A stretch of 62,166 nucleotides of DNA. It comes from Thermoproteota archaeon. GTDB taxonomy: Archaea; Thermoproteota; Bathyarchaeia; Bathyarchaeales; Bathycorpusculaceae. Below, piece after piece: positions 49,839-58,175 of the stretch (positions are counted from its first letter, which is position 1; each line of letters starts with the position of its first letter). The position numbers and the translations under genes were made by a program. Location of the stretch: the NCBI GenBank assembly GCA_012513715.1, contig JAAZBP010000018.1:1-62166 (forward strand), written 5' to 3'. The notes beneath the pieces are model-generated. The model was not told where the DNA came from, searched no databases, and saw nothing but the letters and a program-made list of their open reading frames with translations.

Positions 49839-50615
49839 ATGAGATTAATAGACGCTCACATCCATTTGTCTGATACAGAATATACTGGAAAAGTGAATGA
49901 AATTATTACTGATGCAAATGAAAATGAAGTTGTAGCTTTAGTCACTAACTCTATGGATTTAAAAACGTGCCAGAACGATGTTAAACTATCTCAACAACAC
50001 CCAAATTTAATTTATCCTGCATTAGGAATTCACCCATGGAACATAAACATATTAAAAGAGAATGAAATCGAAGAAACTATAGAGTTTATCAAAAAACAGA
50101 AAAATGTTGTAAAAGCTATCGGGGAAATAGGCTTAGACTGCAAATATGAAACAATATGGGAAAAACAAACACAAGTTTTTGATAAAATGTTACGCCTCGC
50201 AGAAACATTAGAGGTACCTGTAATCATACATTCAAGGGGTACAACAGACATAATCGTGGAAATGTTATCGTCATATAATTTGAAGGGTGTATTGCTACAT
50301 TGGTTTAGCCACCCTATGAGTGCGCTAATAAAAGCAATAGACAAAGGATACTTTATCTCAGAAGGACCACCAATAACATACTCTAAAGGCATTAGAGAAG
50401 TAGTAGAAAAAACACCAATCACTAACCTTTTAACTGAAACAGATGGTCCTGTAACATACTGGAAAGAGCCATACAAAGGGCAATTAACCAAACCGTCATA
50501 TATTCTAAATGTTGTTAATGAAATAGCAGAAATTAAAAAAAATCCTGTTGAAGAAATCGCAGAGCAAATTACCAATAACTTTGAAAAATTATTTAACATA
50601 AAGTTAACCAATTAG
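49839..50615 (+). CDS. TatD family hydrolase
   Basis: IDAHIHL, GIHPW, AIGEIGLD, IIHSR, HWFS, LTETDGP. Confidence 0.93.
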   Translation: MRLIDAHIHLSDTEYTGKVNEIITDANENEVVALVTNSMDLKTCQNDVKLSQQHPNLIYPALGIHPWNINILKENEIEETIEFIKKQKNVVKAIGEIGLDCKYETIWEKQTQVFDKMLRLAETLEVPVIIHSRGTTDIIVEMLSSYNLKGVLLHWFSHPMSALIKAIDKGYFISEGPPITYSKGIREVVEKTPITNLLTETDGPVTYWKEPYKGQLTKPSYILNVVNEIAEIKKNPVEEIAEQITNNFEKLFNIKLTN

Positions 50616-50771
50616 TAAAAAGACTATCTTTAAGCAGCCACTTGCATTTTAACAGGTTAATTTAATAATTTAAGGCGTAAACTTAAATTAATCCTACTAT
50701 CTAATGAGAGATACTCTAACGCTTTTAAACGTCAGAGAAGACAATAACAGTCAACATCGGAGGAAACTAAT

Positions 50772-51002
50772 CTGGGAAAAGTAAAGACTGAGCAGATAAA
50801 AAATCTAGGCAGAGAACTAATGGACCGTTTTCCAAATAAATTTACGATTAATTTTGACGAAAACAAACGCGCAGTAGACGAATTAACTAAAGGCACTACT
50901 ACACGTGTCAGAAATAAAGTCGCTGGGTATATAACACGGAGTATATCGTTAACTCAAGCCAACTCAGAAATTGAACCTGATATCGAGGAAGAAATTGATT
51001 AA
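50772..51002 (+). CDS. rps17e: 30S ribosomal protein S17e (CTG start)
   Basis: Extending the 50820 ORF upstream gives (M)GKVKTEQIKNLGRELMDRFPNKFT.NFDENK...RVRNKVAGYIT; GGAGG SD at 50759-50763. Confidence 0.93.
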   Translation: MGKVKTEQIKNLGRELMDRFPNKFTINFDENKRAVDELTKGTTTRVRNKVAGYITRSISLTQANSEIEPDIEEEID

Positions 51003-51017
51003 TAAGGTAGCAAAAGT

Positions 51018-51401
51018 ATGATGGATGAGTACCGAAAAGGATGGGCATTTAGATATCTTCGTGAAGCTAAAGCGGAGTTGGAAGCTGCGCGGAAAATCCC
51101 TTATATGGCGCCTAGTCTAGTTTTGGAGGCAATAAGGAAAGCAAGGAACGCGATTTATTACAGTTTTGGTGACCCAGCTTTCATAGAGGTACTTATCCGA
51201 GAGGAAATCAGTAAGAATCCAGCTACAAAAGACACTGTACTACGATTTTTAATAGAGATTGAAACAATAGTACAACAAATTGCACAACTTGAAGAAGTCA
51301 ATGGTATTGCAATGATGAAACAAGCAGATTCCATAGTAAACATCGCAACTGATATCGTGGAAACAATCACAAACGAGAGATTTGAAAGCTTAAATCAATA
51401 A
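51018..51401 (+). CDS. Hypothetical all-alpha protein (possibly HEPN-like)
   Basis: W..RYLREA..EL..A...EA.RKA..A pattern; follows rps17e. Confidence 0.6.
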   Translation: MMDEYRKGWAFRYLREAKAELEAARKIPYMAPSLVLEAIRKARNAIYYSFGDPAFIEVLIREEISKNPATKDTVLRFLIEIETIVQQIAQLEEVNGIAMMKQADSIVNIATDIVETITNERFESLNQ

Positions 51402-51714
51402 AATCGGTTTTTAATATAAATTTCACAAATTTTTTAATCTAAAACTAAAGTGGCTAGAGCTAAAAGTTTCCAACAGAAACCAGTAAAAGTAAGAGACTAT
51501 AAGACAAAGATTAAATCTTCTTATCAATAACCAAATTGGACAGATTGAACAAATCTAGCCTACATAGAAGCGTGAATGTTTAAAAGGGGGTTGTTGAAAT
51601 GCCAAAAATAAGAAAACCAATCAACACGAGAAGAGCAAAATTTGGGATTATAAAACACGGATAAATATCATATCTAAGATGTATTAGTGTGAATAAATTG
51701 AATAGTTGAGAAAG

Positions 51715-51999
51715 ATGGGTATCTCAGTTAAACTAATTGGAGCATTAAGACATATTTCAGGAAAAAAAGATATCGAAGTACCTTTTATAAAGAGCATAAC
51801 CGTTAAAGACCTCATATATGAAATTAGTGAACAAGCTCCTCAGTTAAAGAAAACATTTTGTAATCAAGAACTTAACGAGCCAAGATCAAACGCGTTAATT
51901 CTAGTTAACGGTGTTGAAATAAGTGCCTTAAAAGGTTATGAAACATTACTAAACAATGGCGATGAAGTAGTATTCATTCCAGTAGTTCATGGTGGGTAA
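51715..51999 (+). CDS. Ubiquitin-like sulfur carrier (MoaD/ThiS/Urm1-SAMP family)
   Basis: Beta-grasp pattern ILVNG.EI..L.G.ET.L..GDEV and a C-terminal HGG. Confidence 0.9.
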   Translation: MGISVKLIGALRHISGKKDIEVPFIKSITVKDLIYEISEQAPQLKKTFCNQELNEPRSNALILVNGVEISALKGYETLLNNGDEVVFIPVVHGG

Positions 52000-52002
52000 A
52001 AC

Positions 52003-52776
52003 ATGATCACTTTAACAAGTGATTTTGGACTTAAAGACTCTTATGTAGCAGAAATGAAAGGAGTAATTATGTCGATTAACCCCTACGCAACTATAATCGA
52101 TATCACCCACGAAATTAACAAATTTGATATTAAAATGGGGGCTTTTATACTAACTTCAGCAACAAATTACTTTCCAAAAGGCAGCATTCATGTAGCAGTA
52201 GTGGATCCCGGAGTAGGAACAGACAGACGCGGCCTTTTAGTACAGACCAAAAAAAGTTTTTTTGTTGGACCTGATAATGGAATCCTGAGTTTAGCATCTC
52301 AAAATCAAGGCATAGAACACATTTATCAAATAGAAAACCCAAAATTTATACGCACTAATGTTTCAAGCACATTTCACGGAAGAGATGTCTTTGCATCCGT
52401 AGCAGCACACCTAGATAAAGGCGTAGAGCCAAAGTTTTTTGGTCCAGAAATAAGTAATTTGATTAACCCTGAATTCACAAAAACAGTAAAGAAAAATGAC
52501 GGCATAATAGGCGAAGTTTTACATATTGACAATTTTGGAAATATAATTACAAATATAAAAATACAAGAATTATTCGAGATTGAAAAAGTAAAGGTTAGAA
52601 TATCAAATCAGCAATTTGAACTTGTTTTAGCAAGAACATATGGTCAAGTTAAAACGCAACATCCATTGGCATTGATTGGCAGTCACAATTTCTTGGAGAT
52701 TGCAGTAAATCAAGGCAACGCAGCTGAAAAATATAATATCAAAATAGACGACGAAGTAGAAGTGACACCAGTTTAG
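52003..52776 (+). CDS. SAM hydrolase / SAM-dependent halogenase family (DUF62)
   Basis: ITLTSDFG, VVDPGVGT.R, GPDNG, STFHGRDVF, D.FGN.ITN, EIAVNQG. Confidence 0.92.
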   Translation: MITLTSDFGLKDSYVAEMKGVIMSINPYATIIDITHEINKFDIKMGAFILTSATNYFPKGSIHVAVVDPGVGTDRRGLLVQTKKSFFVGPDNGILSLASQNQGIEHIYQIENPKFIRTNVSSTFHGRDVFASVAAHLDKGVEPKFFGPEISNLINPEFTKTVKKNDGIIGEVLHIDNFGNIITNIKIQELFEIEKVKVRISNQQFELVLARTYGQVKTQHPLALIGSHNFLEIAVNQGNAAEKYNIKIDDEVEVTPV

Positions 52777-52784
52777 GTAGCAAC

Positions 52785-53768
52785 TTACTCTTGCTTTAAG
52801 CTTTCAATGGTTTTAACAATAACATCTAAAGGATTCTCAAGATCAAAGAGTTTTTTTGTTACATCAAACTTTTTACCTATTACTTTTTTTGCGATTTTGA
52901 GAAGTCTGCTCTCTGATGTTATGAATAAGGGAAACCCTTTCTTTGCTAGGTATGTATTAACATAAGTTTTAGCCATATCAGAAATGGCTATACTAGGAAT
53001 ACCTAGTAGTGCAGCTTCACGGGATATTGTTCCACCATAACTTACCACTAAATCAGCTGAGGCAACTAAACTAGCTGAATCTTGAAAACCGTTTTTTTCT
53101 CTAAATGCCTCCACATCATTATAGCGTTGAAGTAAACAGACATTTCCCAGTTCAGATAGCTTTTCTGCAAGTGATTTAACGTTGTCAGATTTTTTGTTTA
53201 CGTATGCAGCTTTGGTTTCTATTTGTCTAAGAACAATAGTTGGTTTCTTAAAATCAGCTATTTTTTTTGGTTTAAAACCTTGAATCCAAGCGACTTCGTC
53301 GACACCTTTGAATCGAACAAACTTTTGGATACAATAATTTTTTGTGAAACTTCTTGGAAGAGCTTCAGACAGGATTACAGTATTAGCAAAGGGCAAAGTT
53401 AATCTGTTCACTGATAAAGCGTGTGGTGTATCTGCAGTTAAAATTATAGGGATACCCAAACCGAAGGCAGTTCTACAAAGTTCAACTGATTGATGGGATA
53501 TTGCTATATCAGGTTTATTATCTTTGAATAGTCTTGAAAATTCAAGGATTCTTTCAGCGCTTTCTTGTAACCTTGTATTTAAGGTCACTGGATTATATTT
53601 GCCCACAACTAAAGGTTTTTCGTTTAGGATTTTAGAGAGGGGAATTGTATCAGGATGCTCTCTAGTGGTAAATATGAAGTCGTGACCCTTCTCTTTTAAT
53701 CTCTTGCCTATGGCTGCGCCATACCTGATATGTTTACCAGTGCAGGCGTCAAACCAAACCTTCATCAC
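52785..53768 (-). CDS. DUF354 family (GT-B fold) protein
   Basis: KVWFD...KH, DTPHA, G.DE.AW, GGTISREAALLGIPSI. Confidence 0.82.
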   Translation of the reverse strand: MMKVWFDACTGKHIRYGAAIGKRLKEKGHDFIFTTREHPDTIPLSKILNEKPLVVGKYNPVTLNTRLQESAERILEFSRLFKDNKPDIAISHQSVELCRTAFGLGIPIILTADTPHALSVNRLTLPFANTVILSEALPRSFTKNYCIQKFVRFKGVDEVAWIQGFKPKKIADFKKPTIVLRQIETKAAYVNKKSDNVKSLAEKLSELGNVCLLQRYNDVEAFREKNGFQDSASLVASADLVVSYGGTISREAALLGIPSIAISDMAKTYVNTYLAKKGFPLFITSESRLLKIAKKVIGKKFDVTKKLFDLENPLDVIVKTIESLKQE

Positions 53769-54277
53769 TTCACCTTACTAAGCTTATCAGCTAAGAACAG
53801 TTCTCGTTTAGCTTCAAACTCCTTCAAAGACATAACATATCTAGCTGGGCAACCTGCAAAAACTGTACCAGCTGGGACATCAGAGGTAACAACGCTACCA
53901 CCACCAATAACTGCACACTCACCCACAACCACACCAGGAAGAATCGTTACACCTCCTCCAATCACAGCGTTATCCTTGACTTTTACAGGTGTCATAAAAC
54001 TACTTCTGGGATACTTATCATTGAGCAAACTACTGTTAGGCGCAATAAACACATTTTTACCCAAGATACAACCATTAGATATGGTTACATGTGCCTGAAT
54101 ATTACAGTTCCGACCTAAAACCACATCCTTACCTAAATCTACAAAACTTCCAATCACACAATTATCGCCGAGAATAGTATTTTCTCCGATAACAACATAA
54201 TTCCAAATGGAACAACCAGCACCAATAACAACATTGGAACCGGTTACTATTCCAACACCACGCTTAGAACTCTGCAT
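53765..54277 (-). CDS. Hexapeptide-repeat (sugar N-)acetyltransferase
   Basis: Repeated [IVL]Gxxxx hexads, NDKYP, IG.GSVVT.DVP, G.PAR. Confidence 0.88.
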   Translation of the reverse strand: MQSSKRGVGIVTGSNVVIGAGCSIWNYVVIGENTILGDNCVIGSFVDLGKDVVLGRNCNIQAHVTISNGCILGKNVFIAPNSSLLNDKYPRSSFMTPVKVKDNAVIGGGVTILPGVVVGECAVIGGGSVVTSDVPAGTVFAGCPARYVMSLKEFEAKRELFLADKLSKVK

Positions 54278-54350
54278 ACTTCACCTTTTCGGACTCCAGA
54301 TTTAAATAGTTTGATATTAACTTGACTTTCTTATTATTGGGGGCAACTAT

Positions 54351-55223
54351 TTGATGCAGGAAACAGTGCTGATAGTAGGCTTAGGAGAAATTGGGCATAC
54401 TCTTTTCAAATTAATAGAAGAGAAGAAAGATCAGTTTAACGTTTATGGTATAGACATAGACGAGGGTAAAATGAAAGAGCTTGCCCAAAACAAAGACAAG
54501 ATTCCAAGTAAAGTAGATACACTTCAAGTTTGTCTTCCATGTAATGACCCAGAAAAGTTTACTAAAATAGTTGCTGAATACACTGAAAAATTTAAACCAA
54601 AATTAGCGATAATAAACAGCACAATTCCTCCTGGAACAACACTTAAAGTTTCTCAGGAATGTAAATGCTTAGTTGCACATTCACCCGCACGTGGAGTTCA
54701 TAAAAATGCGGCTCACATGCTTTGGGAGATTAAACGTTGGTCAAAATATGTAGGTGGAACAAGCAAGGAGTCTTCAGAAGCAGCTAAGAAACATTTTGAG
54801 AAGTTAGGGTTAAAGGTGAAGCTTCTTAAAAGTTGCCGTGAAACAGAGTTAGCAAAAATTTTTGAGACCACATATCGTGCTTGGATGATTGCTTGTTTCC
54901 AAGAGATGCACCGGATTGCCCACAGTTTCGACACAGATTTTGATGAGACAGTAGATTTCTTGGAGGACACACATAGGGTAAGATTTGACAGACCTGTGAT
55001 GTATCCAGGCATAATTGGGGGACACTGTTTAGTTCCTAACACGAAATTACTGCTTGAAGTTTATGATTCAGATTTTTTACGTTTAATCTTAGAGTCCAAT
55101 AACAAACGTAAAGAAGAGATAAAAGATTCAAAAATACGAGCAGAAGTGGAAAAAGTATCCAAAAGAGCAACCGCTTTAGAAAATGAATTGATGAATAATA
55201 AGTCTGAAACAACCAGCCAGTAA
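54351..55223 (+). CDS. Short UDP-glucose/GDP-mannose dehydrogenase family protein
   Basis: IVGLGEIG, INSTIPPGTT, HSP.RG, ELAKIFETTYR, IGGHC; lacks the usual C-terminal domain. Confidence 0.8.
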   Translation: MMQETVLIVGLGEIGHTLFKLIEEKKDQFNVYGIDIDEGKMKELAQNKDKIPSKVDTLQVCLPCNDPEKFTKIVAEYTEKFKPKLAIINSTIPPGTTLKVSQECKCLVAHSPARGVHKNAAHMLWEIKRWSKYVGGTSKESSEAAKKHFEKLGLKVKLLKSCRETELAKIFETTYRAWMIACFQEMHRIAHSFDTDFDETVDFLEDTHRVRFDRPVMYPGIIGGHCLVPNTKLLLEVYDSDFLRLILESNNKRKEEIKDSKIRAEVEKVSKRATALENELMNNKSETTSQ

Positions 55224-55293
55224 GAAGAACACCTTTTTATTCAATTTATCTTCTTGGTATTCTGAATTTGGCAATTAAAATTGGAGATATTAG

Positions 55294-56745
55294 TTAGCTA
55301 TAATTTGATTTTGATGCCTCGAACAGTTCATTGACGTAATCTTTAATTGTTTTTTGTTGTTTCTTAGCTATTTTCTTTATTGAATCGCTTATACCTGTAG
55401 AATACTGAATTGCCTTCTTTGGCTTATCAACTATAGAATCTGGGACACCGATATTCTTTGCGACCGCACGTAAAACAAGCTTTCTTAAAGTATTAAGTGA
55501 ATGTTCGATTTTACATTCCACAGGCAAATTGACTGCAAAATCTGCAAGATCATACGAAGCAAAAGGTAAACGTAAATCTAAATCAAAAAAACCTGCTATT
55601 TTCAAATCACGCTCAAGATTACTGGTATGGATTGATGCTACATCGTCAAACATAGCTTTACGTGTTTTTTCTGCGCCTTCTTTTAGATATTCAGTGACAT
55701 ACCGTTGATATCCACCAAATAATTCGTCCGCGCCTTGCCCAGCTAACAAAACTTTATGACCTTCTTCAAATGATTTTTCAGCTAACCAAAAAAAAGGTAC
55801 ACCGATACTAGCTTTGATTGGATCGGGGTCCTCAATTAAATCTACAACCAAAGGCAAAGTAGTCTCTACATCTGATTCCTTAAAAAGATGTATCTCCAAG
55901 GGCAAATCTAATAATTTCGCCGCTTCAATAGCTTGTTCTGTTTCCAACTGGTTTTCTAAACTTACATGTAATAGATGTACATCAACCCCGCATTTCTTTG
56001 CTAAGAAGGCTATTATGCTACTATCTATACCTCCTGAAAAGGCAACTGCGACTTTTTTAAGTCCTTTCACACGTCGTTCAATTGCTTCTAAAAGCAGTAT
56101 CTGAAGGGGTTCAGCTGCATCATTCAATGGTACTGATGTGGATTCGCGTAAGCTTAAGGTTTTTACTTTTTTGAATTTAAAGCCTTCTTTATATGTAAAG
56201 CAAAGGTTACCAGGGGGAAATGAAACTGGTTTTTCTATCCCGATTTTCCAGAGTGCTTTACGATTAGTGGAAAAGGCAATAAATTCTCTATTTTCGCCGA
56301 AATATAAGGGGTTAATACCTATTGGATCACGACCCGCCACTATACAATTTTCCTTGAGTAACAGAAGAGTATAGTTTCCGTCACTTTGCTCCAGCGTAGT
56401 TTCCAAGCTTTTTTCATAACCTAACGGGTCTTTCGAGTTTTTGGGCGAGGCAAAATTGAGTTTAGATGAAAAAATGTTACCTTCGAATAGTAAGGAAGAT
56501 TCATTGAATTGTTGTATTTCATAACTGTTTTTTGTTTTGGGAGATGATGTGTAACCGATTGCTATTGATGAGTGGGCAGCTTGCTGTTCTAGTAGATAAG
56601 GGCTTTTGTGTGAGTAGTTGCCTTTCGGAGTAATTAACCCATAATGTGATGGGGTATGCTTTAGACTTATTGAATTAAGGGTATTTAAGATAAGTTCAGT
56701 GACGCTATCGTCATTTTTACTTAAAACAGCAATGGTAGCTTTCAT
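55294..56745 (-). CDS. Asparagine synthetase B-like amidotransferase
   Basis: RDPIGINPLY, AFSGGIDSS, GQGADELFGGY, NLERD, K.VLR, KKAIQYSTG; N-terminal glutaminase domain divergent. Confidence 0.85.
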   Translation of the reverse strand: MKATIAVLSKNDDSVTELILNTLNSISLKHTPSHYGLITPKGNYSHKSPYLLEQQAAHSSIAIGYTSSPKTKNSYEIQQFNESSLLFEGNIFSSKLNFASPKNSKDPLGYEKSLETTLEQSDGNYTLLLLKENCIVAGRDPIGINPLYFGENREFIAFSTNRKALWKIGIEKPVSFPPGNLCFTYKEGFKFKKVKTLSLRESTSVPLNDAAEPLQILLLEAIERRVKGLKKVAVAFSGGIDSSIIAFLAKKCGVDVHLLHVSLENQLETEQAIEAAKLLDLPLEIHLFKESDVETTLPLVVDLIEDPDPIKASIGVPFFWLAEKSFEEGHKVLLAGQGADELFGGYQRYVTEYLKEGAEKTRKAMFDDVASIHTSNLERDLKIAGFFDLDLRLPFASYDLADFAVNLPVECKIEHSLNTLRKLVLRAVAKNIGVPDSIVDKPKKAIQYSTGISDSIKKIAKKQQKTIKDYVNELFEASKSNYS

Positions 56746-56837
56746 CGGTAAACACATCAACAGTTGTTAGTCAAGTATTATTAGTGGTAAAACATTAATC
56801 TTTAATTGTAATAACCTCTGGTTGAGGAATAATACTC

Positions 56838-58175
56838 TTGCCCATATTACCAATAGATACAGGACGTTATGGTACAGTAGAGATGCTAAGAATTTTTGAA
56901 GAAAAAAAACGTATCCAATATCTCTTAGATGTTGAAGCTGCTTTGGCTTTAGCACATGCTGAAGTGGGAAACATACCAAAAAGAGACGCTGAAATTATTG
57001 AGAAGATGGCATCAACAGAATATGTAAAGATAGAGAGGATAAAAGCTATTGAGAAGGATATTAAACATGATATCGCTTCGCTAGTTCGTGCATTATCAGA
57101 AGTCTGTGGATTAAGCGGTGCTTATGTTCATCTTGGCGCCACAAGTTATGATATAGTCGATACAGCTAACGCACTTCAAATTAGAGATGCACTCACCGTA
57201 ATAGAGGAGAGATTAGCTGGTTTTAAGGTAATACTTCAAGAAAAAGCAGGGCAATACAAAGAGACAGTTATGACGGGTAGAACACATGGACAACATGCTC
57301 TACCTATAACATTAGGTTTTAAATTTTCAGTTTGGGGTTATGAAGTTAACAGACACTTAAAGAGAATTGCAGAGTGTAAAAAAAGGGTTTTAGTTGGAAA
57401 AATAAGTGGAGCAGTTGGTAGTCAAGCTGGGCTAGGTGAAAATGCTCCTGAAATTCAAGAGTTAGTAATGAAGAGATTGAATTTGGAAACTGCTGAGATC
57501 TCCACTCAAATTGTACAGAGGGACCGCTATGCTGAACTTGTATGTATTTATGCAATGGTGGCATCTTCTCTTGAAAATTTCGCTACTGAAATCCGGGAGC
57601 TTCAACGGCCAGAGATAGCTGAAGTCTTTGAATCTTTTGAGGCAACAAAACAGGTTGGTAGCTCAACAATGCCCCATAAACAAAATCCAGAAATTTGTGA
57701 GCGTGTTTGCGGATTAGCTAGGATAGTGCGCAGTTTAGTTTTGCCTGCATTAGAAGATATGGTCACTTGGCATGAACGCGATTTAACCCAATCTTCAGCA
57801 GAGAGATTTGTTCTCCCTGAATCATCAATACTATTAGATTATATTCTTAAACTGATGTGTGATGTTGTAAGCAACTTACGAGTTGATAGTAAACGTATGT
57901 TAGCTAACTTATCTTTAACTCAGGGACGCGCTATGTCTGAATCAGTTATGATGGCTCTCACTAAGAAAGGTGTAAACAGACAAGAAGCCCATGAAATACT
58001 AAGACAGTTAACAATTAAAAGTACAGTTGAAAATAAAACATTCAAACAAAGTCTAATCGAAGATTCTTTTGTAAGTAGCAGACTAGGTGCAAAAGAAATT
58101 GAAGACGCGTTAAACCCTAAAAACTATTTAGGAACTGCAGTAAAACAAGCTGAAAAATTCGCTAACAGTACTTAA
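56838..58175 (+). CDS. purB: Adenylosuccinate lyase
   Basis: HLGATSYD, GRTHGQHA, GSSTMPHKQNP, WHERDL..SS.ER. Confidence 0.96.
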   Translation: MPILPIDTGRYGTVEMLRIFEEKKRIQYLLDVEAALALAHAEVGNIPKRDAEIIEKMASTEYVKIERIKAIEKDIKHDIASLVRALSEVCGLSGAYVHLGATSYDIVDTANALQIRDALTVIEERLAGFKVILQEKAGQYKETVMTGRTHGQHALPITLGFKFSVWGYEVNRHLKRIAECKKRVLVGKISGAVGSQAGLGENAPEIQELVMKRLNLETAEISTQIVQRDRYAELVCIYAMVASSLENFATEIRELQRPEIAEVFESFEATKQVGSSTMPHKQNPEICERVCGLARIVRSLVLPALEDMVTWHERDLTQSSAERFVLPESSILLDYILKLMCDVVSNLRVDSKRMLANLSLTQGRAMSESVMMALTKKGVNRQEAHEILRQLTIKSTVENKTFKQSLIEDSFVSSRLGAKEIEDALNPKNYLGTAVKQAEKFANST

